Below, one piece after another: positions 19,972 to 28,998 of a stretch of DNA of 32,000 nucleotides. Each line of letters starts with the position of its first letter. The first letter of the stretch is position 1. Where the stretch lies: sequence record MK521907.1. One strand, written 5' to 3'. The translations under genes were made by a program, and so were the position numbers. A model generated the notes under the pieces. That model worked only from the letters and a program-made list of their open reading frames with translations. It had not been told where the DNA came from and did no database searches. The DNA comes from Klebsiella phage vB_KpnS_FZ41.

Positions 19972-21288
19972 TTATTTGCCACGGGAAATCGAGTAGATGC
20001 CGTAACGCAGTGCGTCACATAAGTGAGAGTTGGCATCATGACGAGGTTTCTCTCTGGAGAGCTTCTCCTCCCCTTCCTGGAAGTCCCACTTGTAGTTCTG
20101 GAGTGCGTGAATTAACGCAGTGCACGAGGCATCGACAATAATCTTGCCCTGCTGGAATAGGGCAGCTAGGCATGCTAGACCATCTAGAACAGATTTCTTG
20201 GCCGGAGCAGAAGAAATTTCATGCTCGTATGCCAAGTCCTGTCGGAACTGTGCAGCCGCGGAGTCGACGAAGATACGGTCTACGTTGTACCGGTCTATAC
20301 AGTGCTGTATGTACATGGCGTGCTGTGCTGTAGTCTTCTCTGCCTGCTGGTACTCTTCAAGGATATAGTACACATCTTGGTCATAGTGGTACTTAATAGT
20401 AAGGACTGCTGTCGGATCTCTGTAACCAACGTCGATACCTAGAATGGTTTCGAACTCGTGGTCTGCTGCAAAGAAGTGACCCATACCTGCGAGATCCTGT
20501 ACATGCTCGGAAACGCTAAAGGTATCGTAGATCTGACCCTCGAATACGGAGAAGTCCGCCTCATATTCCTGTTTGAAATAGTTCTTAGATACAGTCTTAC
20601 GTGCTTCTTCGATATCTGCAAGAGATACGCGGGGGTTATCTCGGTATGTACCGTGGATTGATACCCACTGCGGAAGATCTTCTCGGAACCCCTGTTCGTA
20701 AAAGCGTTTGAACCAGTTACCCCCACGAGGAGTAGAGATAAACAGGGCTTTAGAGTTAGGTTTGTCCAGTGTAGGACGGAGCTGAATATCAAAAGCGTCC
20801 CCACCAACGTCGGAGATCGCTGCTTCGTCAAAGATAATAAAGTCGTATGAACGACCTACCGCAGAGTCAGCCTGTGCAGCAGAAGCCAGCTTAAAGAGCG
20901 AACCGTTAGCAAGTTCAATCTCTTTATCTTTGGCGTTCTCACGCTCAGTTTGAAGCCCGTATTTCTTAATCAGACCTTTGATCTGCGCCCACCCGATGTT
21001 TGCCAGGGAGTAGTTCGGAGCTACTACGAGCACCTTAACGTTCGGCTCTAGGAGTTTGAGGAAGCCTAGAGTATACGCGATGAATGACTTACCAACACGA
21101 CGGGATACGCATGCTGTAACGAAACGGTGACGTGGGTCTTCCAGTGAGTTTATGATTGCACACTGCGGGCCGTTTGGAACGATTCCCTCGGTGGCCAGCA
21201 AGCCGGACACCGGGAATTTGAAGAATCGTTTATCAACGCCAAAATCCACCACGTCAGTCGTATTAATATAACTACGTGAGATTTCCAT
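19972..21288 (-). CDS. terL: Terminase large subunit (438 aa)
   Basis: CVSRRVGKSFIA Walker A-like, YDFIIFDEAAI Walker B-like, DVGYRDPTAV nuclease-domain motif; T5 size. Confidence 0.95.
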   Translation of the reverse strand: MEISRSYINTTDVVDFGVDKRFFKFPVSGLLATEGIVPNGPQCAIINSLEDPRHRFVTACVSRRVGKSFIAYTLGFLKLLEPNVKVLVVAPNYSLANIGWAQIKGLIKKYGLQTERENAKDKEIELANGSLFKLASAAQADSAVGRSYDFIIFDEAAISDVGGDAFDIQLRPTLDKPNSKALFISTPRGGNWFKRFYEQGFREDLPQWVSIHGTYRDNPRVSLADIEEARKTVSKNYFKQEYEADFSVFEGQIYDTFSVSEHVQDLAGMGHFFAADHEFETILGIDVGYRDPTAVLTIKYHYDQDVYYILEEYQQAEKTTAQHAMYIQHCIDRYNVDRIFVDSAAAQFRQDLAYEHEISSAPAKKSVLDGLACLAALFQQGKIIVDASCTALIHALQNYKWDFQEGEEKLSREKPRHDANSHLCDALRYGIYSISRGK

Positions 21289-21761
21289 TACTTACCTGCC
21301 CCCACAATGCGTGACAGGAGATCCGTGTAATTAGAGTCGTGACCACCTGCCAGGTTGATCTGAGTATTAGTCTGGTGTACAGGAGCTTTAGCCTGCTTCA
21401 CCTTCTCATACTCAATCTGCATCTTCATCTCATCCATCTTCATTTTGTGCATGAGTTTGAGTATATCCATGATATCCATCTCTGAACCCATTCCAGTTTC
21501 ATCCAGTTCTTCCATCTTCATGGTTAAAACAGTGTCTAGAATGCCAAAGAATTTGTCACGGTTACGGAAGCCAGACTCCATGAAGATATCGGTAAGGTAC
21601 GCTTTAACCTCAGGTTTACGCATAATCTCCCGGAATTTAGGTTCCTCCATGCCAACAGCTAACGCTGCTTTCGCAACGTCGCTGCCAGACTCCAGGTAGG
21701 CTTCGATAACTAGCATGCCTTCCGGAGACATTGTATCTGGTACAATTAAATCATTGCTCAT
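21288..21761 (-). CDS. terS: Terminase small subunit
   Basis: Directly upstream of terL; ATG at 21761 preceded by AGGAGG; helical DNA-binding-like N-terminus ([18 protein letters not shown]). Tracked start at 21794 is less likely. Confidence 0.75.
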   Translation of the reverse strand: MSNDLIVPDTMSPEGMLVIEAYLESGSDVAKAALAVGMEEPKFREIMRKPEVKAYLTDIFMESGFRNRDKFFGILDTVLTMKMEELDETGMGSEMDIMDILKLMHKMKMDEMKMQIEYEKVKQAKAPVHQTNTQINLAGGHDSNYTDLLSRIVGAGK

Positions 21762-21771
21762 ATTGCCTCCT

Positions 21772-23748
21772 TTAGGCAAGCCTTTGCACAGCAATCCTAA
21801 CCTCAGGAAGAATTACTCGCATATTCATGATATTGCTCATCTCAACGTTAACCCAAACTTCAACACTACCGTCAGCCCTAGCTATCAGCCAATAGATAAT
21901 GGCATAATCGCCCTGAGTGGCAGAGTTGGTAGTAGTAGGCGCCCACATAGCCTTCATTTGCATGGCGTTGTTCCCAGGAATAACCCCACACTGGGTTACG
22001 GTCCCGCGTATAAAGTGGAACGGCACACACATGTTAACTGGAAGACACATGATTTGATGCACACGTTTCTGGAAGTGATTTCCGAAAATTCTCAGCCTAC
22101 TATCTACCTCGCTCCACTGGGTAAGATCTTCTAGAGGGTTATAACATCCAATCCCTGCAGCAGCAATCCACTCATCGTTTTTCCAGTCTAGAGTGACGAC
22201 GCAAGCCCCATTTCGGGAGTTATTAACCCCTAACCACAAGGTAGCCAGGTGGTGACTAGCATTACCGCTAGTACGTAGGTTCCCTCCAATATCAGCAGAG
22301 CCGGTACCGCCCACTAGGCGAAGAGGTCGAGTTGATTCAGACCATACTGGACCCCACTGGTTCCCGATTTCCGGTGGGCTAGATTTTACATACCACTGCG
22401 CATCAGATCTAAAATTGTAAACCCCTACAGTGGTTACATGCATCTCACTTATGTTACCTTGCCCAAATTCCGCACCATTATCTGGTCGAGTTAGAGGCTG
22501 ATTGAAGTGAACATATCCATTATTACCAACAGTAGGGTTGCCACTAAATCTAGCAACATTGGTCGCAATAACTCGGATATCAGGCCTATTACCTGGGCTG
22601 TAGTTTATATCGTTCTGGTTTATAAACTTCCACCCGGTGTTCATTAGGTTTATACCGTTTACAATGAACTCTCTAGGGCTGATTTTAATCTCTTGGTTGC
22701 GAGAGCCAAATACGTCCTCTGCATAGAACCCCTGCCCATTGTATTTCATATTAGTAATATACCAGCGAACACGTTTAGGAACACGGAAGTTATTGTCACG
22801 GTAAATGGCATTGTTACCCCAACCACTACCAGCATTGTTGTTATCTGTGTTCTCCCACCCCATAAAGTTATTGGGCGGACCACGGAAAAAACCTGCTTTG
22901 TACTGAACCTCCTGATAAGACTCAGTCTGGATGTTATGAGCATAAGGACCACCAACGGGATTAGACCCCTTACCGTATCTAGGCCCCATATGTCCGTACA
23001 TATTACGGTTGAGAGTCTCACCGCGCAAACATATACTATTAACTCCTGTGGTACGCATCCATGGGTGGCGCATAGCATCAACACCAATAGTAAGTGGTCT
23101 ATTGGGCGGAGACACAGAACCGGCTATATTGCCACTAAAAGCCCCCCTATAGAGCACCCATCCAGCTTTAATAATAGTCTCAAAGTTAGGACGTATAGGA
23201 GCTCCAACCGGCGGCCCAGGCCCTCTGTCCCCCCATTCTGAGTTAACGCCCCAGGTGTACATACACCCAGTACCATCTCGTAGCTTCTCGTTAATAGTAC
23301 CTGGCGTCTCTTCGAAATAGAAACTAATATCCATGTGTAAGTCTGCGGAAGCACAAACGTTAGTCTTCATACTAGCCATAGTACCTGCGGAAGCCTGGGA
23401 ACCGACAGTATTACTAAAGTAAGCGTTATACGCCTTGGCGCCCACACCCAGGGATGTACCATAAATGAAACGTCTAGTACCATCCTCAAACTCAACTTCA
23501 GTTAATACAACCCTGTCGTAGTCTGCGGACAGTACCTGAATAATCCTATCGGGCATACGCGAACAGCGATACCAATCACCACCGTCCCAGAGCGTAACCT
23601 CATGAGTCTCTAAGATGACGACGTGTGGCATGTCGCTATGGAATATGGTATCCCAACCATTATTTAAGTGGTTGTTAATATCCTTGTTATTGCCCGAGGT
23701 TAGGGAGAGAACCTTCTTCCCTCCTATGCGACCTGCAAAAAAGCCCAT
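21772..23748 (-). CDS. Uncharacterised 658-aa late protein, possibly structural/fibre-like
   Basis: Single long ORF, Gly/Asn/Trp/aromatic rich, no recognised enzymatic motif; own upstream AT-rich region. Confidence 0.5.
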   Translation of the reverse strand: MGFFAGRIGGKKVLSLTSGNNKDINNHLNNGWDTIFHSDMPHVVILETHEVTLWDGGDWYRCSRMPDRIIQVLSADYDRVVLTEVEFEDGTRRFIYGTSLGVGAKAYNAYFSNTVGSQASAGTMASMKTNVCASADLHMDISFYFEETPGTINEKLRDGTGCMYTWGVNSEWGDRGPGPPVGAPIRPNFETIIKAGWVLYRGAFSGNIAGSVSPPNRPLTIGVDAMRHPWMRTTGVNSICLRGETLNRNMYGHMGPRYGKGSNPVGGPYAHNIQTESYQEVQYKAGFFRGPPNNFMGWENTDNNNAGSGWGNNAIYRDNNFRVPKRVRWYITNMKYNGQGFYAEDVFGSRNQEIKISPREFIVNGINLMNTGWKFINQNDINYSPGNRPDIRVIATNVARFSGNPTVGNNGYVHFNQPLTRPDNGAEFGQGNISEMHVTTVGVYNFRSDAQWYVKSSPPEIGNQWGPVWSESTRPLRLVGGTGSADIGGNLRTSGNASHHLATLWLGVNNSRNGACVVTLDWKNDEWIAAAGIGCYNPLEDLTQWSEVDSRLRIFGNHFQKRVHQIMCLPVNMCVPFHFIRGTVTQCGVIPGNNAMQMKAMWAPTTTNSATQGDYAIIYWLIARADGSVEVWVNVEMSNIMNMRVILPEVRIAVQRLA

Positions 23749-23767
23749 AAAAACCTCAAAATCTCAC

Positions 23768-23796
23768 TTGCTAACAAGTGACTTTTATAATATAAT
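23768..23796 (+). promoter_or_regulatory. Promoter for plus-strand island in a divergent AT-rich region
   Basis: TTGCTA (23768-23773), 17-bp spacer, TATAAT (23791-23796); overlaps small inverted repeat CACTTG-ctaa-CAAGTG (23765-23780). Confidence 0.65.
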
Positions 23797-23861
23797 ATTA
23801 TTATAAATTAAATCAACCGCCAAGTAAACCAGATTTTTTAAAACCATCTAGGAGGACCACT

Positions 23862-24086
23862 ATGGAAGTAGTTATAGGAGCACTTATCTTGCTCTCAATT
23901 GTATTATTCGTCATTACCGTAAAGCAGGGTAAGACAATCAAACAGCTAGAACGCACTAACGGGGTGCTACAAAAGTCTTACGACAATCAAACCCGTTTGC
24001 TGCATAAGGCACAGTTAAACCTGTCTGAATGCAAAGCGGAACTAGAGTCAGCAAGTAAGATTTATATTACTAAGGGGATGGTGTAA
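23862..24086 (+). CDS. Small protein with N-terminal transmembrane helix and coiled coil
   Basis: MEVVIGALILLSIVLFVITV... followed by KTIKQLERTNGVLQKSYDNQTRLLHKAQLNL; preceded by AGGAGG-type SD. Confidence 0.7.
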   Translation: MEVVIGALILLSIVLFVITVKQGKTIKQLERTNGVLQKSYDNQTRLLHKAQLNLSECKAELESASKIYITKGMV

Positions 24087-24088
24087 GC

Positions 24089-24550
24089 ATGATTATTGTA
24101 CCAATTTTAGCAACAATCTTTTTCTTGGCAGCAGTTTGGTTTGGTATGCGGGCGCATGACCTGAAGAACGCGGTAGTAGCGGCAGATCTTCGTAACAGAA
24201 ACCTGCATCGAGAAATCCTTCAAACTCGGGCGGAACGGGAAGTAGCGATCTCGAATCACCGGCGAATCATGAACGATCTCCGGACAGATCCTAGCAATCC
24301 GTACTATGTGCCCCCTGTGACACCGCAGGTAGCGAGACGCAAACAGAATCGGGCAGGTTCGGATAATTCTCGGAAAGTTTCGGGAAGTCCTTCATCGAAC
24401 TCGGGAAGTTCTCGGAGTGATGACGGGTCGACCGCGGCAATCATAGCTACAACCGCGGCAGTTGCAACGTATAGCGGGTATGACTCGGGAAGTTCTTACT
24501 GCGACAGCGGCAGCAGCAGTAGTAGTTTTGATTCGGGTTGTTCATTCTGA
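24089..24550 (+). CDS. Membrane-anchored protein with Ser/Gly/Asp-rich low-complexity C-terminus
   Basis: N-terminal TM helix; tail YDSGSSYCDSGSSSSSFDSGCSF. Confidence 0.65.
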   Translation: MIIVPILATIFFLAAVWFGMRAHDLKNAVVAADLRNRNLHREILQTRAEREVAISNHRRIMNDLRTDPSNPYYVPPVTPQVARRKQNRAGSDNSRKVSGSPSSNSGSSRSDDGSTAAIIATTAAVATYSGYDSGSSYCDSGSSSSSFDSGCSF

Positions 24551-25017
24551 TGAAACCGATTCCTCTAGAAGTTCTAGAGTCAGTATTTTACGACCCAGAT
24601 ACCGGGGAAGCTCATTGCGACCTCGGTAAAATTAAACGGATGGCGGATGGTTTTGTATACGTACATCCAAGACTCGGGCAGTTCTCTCTGGCAAGGGTAC
24701 TGTGGAAGCTTGAAACCGGGGAAGACCCAGGAGAGTTTTATATAGACCACAAAGATACTGACCCATTCAATAATGTTTTTAGCAACCTACGGAAGGCGTC
24801 ACCCTCCCAGAACCAGCACAACAAGTCACTGAATAAGAATAACACTTCGGGAGTCAAGGGAGTATATTGGTGTACTCGGGCCAAAAAGTGGAGAGGACGT
24901 ATTCTTGTCGGAGGTAAGTGTGTATGGAGCAAGAACTTTACTGAGTTAGAAGACGCAGCTCGGGAGATATCTCGGGCAAGAGCGGAGCTACATGGAGAGT
25001 TCTCCAGAGATTCCTAA
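24550..25017 (+). CDS. HNH endonuclease with C-terminal AP2-like DNA-binding domain
   Basis: YIDHKDTDPFNNVFSNLRKASPSQNQHNKS HNH_3-type; SGVKGVYWCTRAKKWRGRILVGGKCVWSKNFTELEDAAREI AP2-like; ATG overlaps previous stop (TGATG). Confidence 0.8.
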   Translation: MKPIPLEVLESVFYDPDTGEAHCDLGKIKRMADGFVYVHPRLGQFSLARVLWKLETGEDPGEFYIDHKDTDPFNNVFSNLRKASPSQNQHNKSLNKNNTSGVKGVYWCTRAKKWRGRILVGGKCVWSKNFTELEDAAREISRARAELHGEFSRDS

Positions 25018-25062
25018 TTAGCGCTAAAACCCAAAATCTTGAAAATTCATAAAGTTTTACAT

Positions 25063-25088
25063 GGGGATGGGCTTAGAGGGTCGGGGGG
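25063..25088 (+). other. Canonical G-quadruplex-forming motif
   Basis: GGGG-AT-GGG-CTTAGA-GGG-TC-GGGGGG. Confidence 0.6.
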
Positions 25089-25121
25089 TGGTATGGTAGT
25101 CTGAAAACGCCCCTCCCGTTA

Positions 25122-25159
25122 CTACTAGTACCCTAACTGTTTCGCTAGGGTACTAGTAG
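25122..25159. repeat. 14-bp perfect inverted repeat at probable terminal-repeat edge
   Basis: CTACTAGTACCCTA - 10 nt - TAGGGTACTAGTAG, just beyond the dmp-like stop codon. Confidence 0.85.
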
Positions 25160-25164
25160 CTTTC

Positions 25165-25887
25165 TTATGATGCGATGGCTAACGATTGGATGAATTGCTG
25201 AGGCTTGACGCCGTAATCGCTTCTCTCTTCTTCGGTCATACCTTCCCAGCAATGAGCTAAACGCTCGCAAAGATATTGATAATCATTATCATCATCCAGC
25301 GCCTCATCTATGAATGACTCGCCAGCAAGGCGCACACCAATAGACAGAATATCGTTGATTGCCGTTGCATCCATCGTCTGAAGGCCAGCGGCAGCAGCGG
25401 CAGCCAACACGCCTCTATTATCGTCAATCATAGTGATAGTAGCGTTCGGATATTCAGCTTTAAGCATTTCGAAATAATGCGTTTTATAGATACCGTCTTT
25501 TGCATAGTACACCGATTTATAATCGGCATCACCAATATAGCGATGTAACACATCGCGGGACAAGATCTGGATATTACCACCGCGCCCCGCCCTGATACGT
25601 TGTTTGCGTAGGAAATAGTAATCGCTTTTTCCCATATAGCGAGCGGTAACAATAATGTTTAATACAGTGGGATCATTAAGCGATGCCCGCATATATTCAA
25701 CCAAAGGTAAAAGAGTGTCGGTCATGATTGCATCATGTACGCAAGCCTTTTCCCGGTACATGTTTAAATCTAAGTTCCCTTTCTCATCCATACACGGGAA
25801 CACACGGGCGAAGGAATTAATAACAGTTCCGTCTAAATCCCATAACTTAATTGCCTTAATTGCCAGTTTATTAAAAGCCATTTTCAT
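25165..25887 (-). CDS. dmp: 5'-deoxynucleotidase-like, HAD fold; T5 dmp homologue candidate (240 aa)
   Basis: LWDLDGTVINS (DxDGT), IIVTAR, ATITMIDDNRG HAD motifs; size and adjacency to the A1-like gene. Confidence 0.75.
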   Translation of the reverse strand: MKMAFNKLAIKAIKLWDLDGTVINSFARVFPCMDEKGNLDLNMYREKACVHDAIMTDTLLPLVEYMRASLNDPTVLNIIVTARYMGKSDYYFLRKQRIRAGRGGNIQILSRDVLHRYIGDADYKSVYYAKDGIYKTHYFEMLKAEYPNATITMIDDNRGVLAAAAAAGLQTMDATAINDILSIGVRLAGESFIDEALDDDNDYQYLCERLAHCWEGMTEEERSDYGVKPQQFIQSLAIAS

Positions 25888-25953
25888 TTCTCCGGTTTCG
25901 GGGTTGTTGGTAATTAATCAAGCGAGCTATATTATAACTCGCTTTGTTAATTA

Positions 25954-26403
25954 TCAGAAGAATAAAGTTAAAGCATCAGCCAATTCAGCCGGTTTAATCC
26001 GGGTAGCCATTACCGGGACAATTGCCAGCGGCGGCGTATATTCGCTAGAAGAATAATCCATTACATCGCCTAACAGATAAGTATCATCATAATCATTTTC
26101 GCTTACGACGATAAACATAAGGCCAGCGGCGGCGTCAATCTCTACGATCTCGCAGATATCAGCCTCATAAAGAATAGAATCGGCGGCGACTAATTGCGAC
26201 ACAATGCCGGATTCTTTAAATTCAGCGGGGCGCGGGAGGATAGCGGCCACGGCTTTTAATACCGTGGCGCCGTCAACGGTAATGATTTTTTGATAGCTAA
26301 CATGCGGGCGCCCTTCGCTATCGCGGGTGATAACCAGACTGTTTTCTACGACGTTGGACGCGGTGAAAGATTTACGATTGTTATAGATGAAAGTAAGTTT
26401 CAT
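25954..26403 (-). CDS. Hypothetical pre-early protein (149 aa)
   Basis: ORF with SD-like CTGGAGAAAC before ATG. Confidence 0.6.
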   Translation of the reverse strand: MKLTFIYNNRKSFTASNVVENSLVITRDSEGRPHVSYQKIITVDGATVLKAVAAILPRPAEFKESGIVSQLVAADSILYEADICEIVEIDAAAGLMFIVVSENDYDDTYLLGDVMDYSSSEYTPPLAIVPVMATRIKPAELADALTLFF

Positions 26404-26440
26404 TTGTTTCTCCAGCTTATTTATTTATGGGTTATTTATT

Positions 26441-26466
26441 GCCGGGGTAATTGCCCCGGCTTTTTT
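26441..26466 (+). terminator. Intrinsic terminator oriented on plus strand, opposing surrounding genes
   Basis: GCCGGGG-TAATTG-CCCCGGC followed by TTTTTT on plus strand. Confidence 0.75.
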
Positions 26467-26467
26467 A

Positions 26468-28150
26468 TTATGCAAAGAAAGCGCCGTCTTTAAAGTCAAT
26501 CAAAGTACGTTGCCCGTTTTCATAGGTGATTAGATGAGTCTGTGACCAGCTAGACGCGCCGATGTTATAGCCCATATCCAGCGAGCCAGCCACGCCAGCG
26601 GTATAAACGCCGCCGTAAATGCTGGGCGTGTGCGTGTGGCCAGTGTTCATCTTACCCAGCTTGCGGAATCCCTTCGGATTGCCGCGAGCGCCGTTAATGC
26701 CGTTGTGACCGTGGGAACCGCATTCGATGCCCGCTATTTTCATAGATTCATCCGTGGTTAGGAAGATCGCAGCAAAATCGCAGCCAGCTACCTGACGCAG
26801 CGCATAATCCAGCACGTTAAAAGTATCGTCCTTGTTTTCGATTGCCTCGTAAATCGCAGCATTCAGGCGATAGTAAAGATGAGCGTTAGCGGGGTCTTGT
26901 TGAATGTTAGCCTTGCTATCATCCAGCCAGCGGGATAGCGCAAGATCGTGGTTCGATTCAACAATGACCGTTTGACTAAATTCACGCTCCATTGCCTCCA
27001 GTACGCGGCCCGTATCAATGAGATCGTCAATTACCTTGTCACGTCCGGCGGCGTACTGTTTCGCAAGGAAAACGCCACTAGCGCGGTTGTGATGGTTGCG
27101 GGATGTAAAATCATGTACATCATGCACAATCTGGTAACGAGGGCGCAGGATATCTACTAGCGCGGTTTCGCTAGGGTTATATTCCCAGCTTGCCGCCGCG
27201 ACAGCGTGATCCAGCTTTTCGGCGTGAATGTCACCATATTGCAGCGCGGCAACGTGGCCCGTTACCTCCTCGCCACCGTTCACAGTAAATTTATGGTTAA
27301 GATCGTAAAACATCCCGCTTTCGTCCATCGTTTCGATTTGGCGAGCAAAGAAGTTGCCGTTGTCGTCGATCTCTACCAGCAAAGCGCCGTAATTATGCAG
27401 CGCTTCGGCCTTTTGGCCCGCTTTTTGCTGAATATAATTTTTCAGCGTCGCCGTGCCAGTTGAGTACATACGGCGCACAGTGTCGCCCTTCATTGCCGGG
27501 ACACTTTCGGCGGTGATTTTAGCGTGACCGATAGCCAGCCCTTTCAGGCCGTAGGCGGTTGCTGTTTCACCAAAGCCGGACAGCGGGAAATCAGCAGTAG
27601 GCAGAATGTTAATTTCCGCCATGAATGCAAACCCTGTTTCACGGTTGCCCAAAAACACGTTTTCATCACAAATGAAATCTGAGAAAGCATCATCATATTT
27701 CAGTTCATCGTTGCCTTGCCCGTTTTGGAAGCCCTTTTTGTTGTAGGCGTATTTGCTTACTAACAGAGTAGCTCCGAGATATTTCGCGGCCTCCTGTAAG
27801 GTTTTCCAGAAGTTAGCATGAGGGAACGTGTTGTTTTGAATCGAGGTCAAAAGAAAACGGCGGCCCGGAATTACCTTCCAGCTTTCGACGCTAGAATTAA
27901 GCTGACCAGCGGCAACGGGGCGGGAATCTTCCACCGCAACACGTTGAGCACGCTTTTCGGCAGCAGGTTTAACAGGCTTGTTACTATCCAGCCAATCACA
28001 AATTTCGCTAGAATGCTTCGCCGTCCCGTAATGCTCTTTGCTCAATTCGTCGCAGATCTCCAGCTTTTTAGCGCGCAGACGTTTACCCCAAAAATTGAGG
28101 TTGTTAGCAGCGGTTAAAATAGCTTTTTGTTTCTCGAGTGCAATGATCAT
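26468..28150 (-). CDS. A1: T5 A1-like protein, metallophosphoesterase-type (560 aa)
   Basis: VIVESNHD and MNTGHTHTP calcineurin-like motifs; size near T5 A1; syntenic with dmp-like and A2-like genes. Confidence 0.8.
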   Translation of the reverse strand: MIIALEKQKAILTAANNLNFWGKRLRAKKLEICDELSKEHYGTAKHSSEICDWLDSNKPVKPAAEKRAQRVAVEDSRPVAAGQLNSSVESWKVIPGRRFLLTSIQNNTFPHANFWKTLQEAAKYLGATLLVSKYAYNKKGFQNGQGNDELKYDDAFSDFICDENVFLGNRETGFAFMAEINILPTADFPLSGFGETATAYGLKGLAIGHAKITAESVPAMKGDTVRRMYSTGTATLKNYIQQKAGQKAEALHNYGALLVEIDDNGNFFARQIETMDESGMFYDLNHKFTVNGGEEVTGHVAALQYGDIHAEKLDHAVAAASWEYNPSETALVDILRPRYQIVHDVHDFTSRNHHNRASGVFLAKQYAAGRDKVIDDLIDTGRVLEAMEREFSQTVIVESNHDLALSRWLDDSKANIQQDPANAHLYYRLNAAIYEAIENKDDTFNVLDYALRQVAGCDFAAIFLTTDESMKIAGIECGSHGHNGINGARGNPKGFRKLGKMNTGHTHTPSIYGGVYTAGVAGSLDMGYNIGASSWSQTHLITYENGQRTLIDFKDGAFFA

Positions 28151-28232
28151 TATCTAAATTCTCCAGTTATGGGATATAGGCAAAATTGCCAAATATAACG
28201 CCTTGTTGCTGGTGGCGTTATAATTTGCGACT

Positions 28233-28478
28233 TTAAACTATTGCGGGAATAATGCTGGCCGATATTCCAAAAGCTACGGCTAGAATAATAAAGATTATTG
28301 ACCAGCGGCGGCAAGTATTCGCTTTCTTGAACCAGAAATCACGGCGGAATAAATCCATTTGTTCACTGCCTATTTCCATGAAATTATAGTAACCATAGAG
28401 ACAAGCGGCGGCGAAAAATCCGAGAACAAAGATAATGGATTCAGTAGGGAAAAAGATCATTTTAATAACTCCGGTCAA
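28233..28478 (-). CDS. Small membrane protein, two predicted TM helices (81 aa)
   Basis: SIIFVLGFFAAACLYGYY and WSIIFIILAVAFGISASIIPAIV. Confidence 0.6.
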   Translation of the reverse strand: MTGVIKMIFFPTESIIFVLGFFAAACLYGYYNFMEIGSEQMDLFRRDFWFKKANTCRRWSIIFIILAVAFGISASIIPAIV

Positions 28479-28517
28479 AGGGAGATTATAGCGGGGAATA
28501 TTCCCCGCTGATTAAAT

Positions 28518-28925
28518 TTATTCGCCTGCTGACTCTTTTACTTCATCCTGAACGCCAACCATACGGGCGATAACGTCCAGTTGATCCAGCTTCATTTGTT
28601 CCAAACTTGCCAGACCGTCGGCGTCCTCGATCAGGCCGTCGGCGATGGCGTGCTGAGTGAGAACGCGCACATAGTGAGCTTTACGCAGGGAGGAACCGCC
28701 GCCGACTTTACGCGGCTTATCTGACTTCTGATAAACCTTTGCGCTAACCAGTTTAGAGCGTACCTTTACATGAGATTCAGCGCCAACCGCTTTTGCAATG
28801 TCAATCAGACCTTGCGAGTTAGCCACCTCCAGACCATCGGAAGCAATGATACCTTCATACATAGAAATGGCGGTAGCGGCGTTTGTTTCGTTCCATGCAA
28901 ATTTTTCGGTTTTAGTAGCAGTCAT
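28518..28925 (-). CDS. A2: T5 A2-like pre-early protein (135 aa)
   Basis: 135 aa, location relative to A1, strong SD CCGGAG. Confidence 0.6.
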   Translation of the reverse strand: MTATKTEKFAWNETNAATAISMYEGIIASDGLEVANSQGLIDIAKAVGAESHVKVRSKLVSAKVYQKSDKPRKVGGGSSLRKAHYVRVLTQHAIADGLIEDADGLASLEQMKLDQLDVIARMVGVQDEVKESAGE

Positions 28926-28974
28926 TTTTATTTCTCCGGTTTTATTTAAGGGTTAAGGCTAGAAAGTTAGCCGC

Positions 28975-28998
28975 TATATATTCTAGCTAGAATATATA
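28975..28998. repeat. 24-bp perfect palindrome upstream of A2-like gene
   Basis: TATATATTCTAGCTAGAATATATA. Confidence 0.9.

Noticed and set aside
20881-20900. Additional boxA-like word (CGCTCTTTAAG on minus strand)
   Set aside because: Within terL coding sequence, lacks the AATTTGG extension and leader context; likely chance
26948-28117. Plus-strand ORFs opposite the A1-like gene
   Set aside because: Antisense to a gene with recognisable metallophosphatase motifs; no promoter or SD context found
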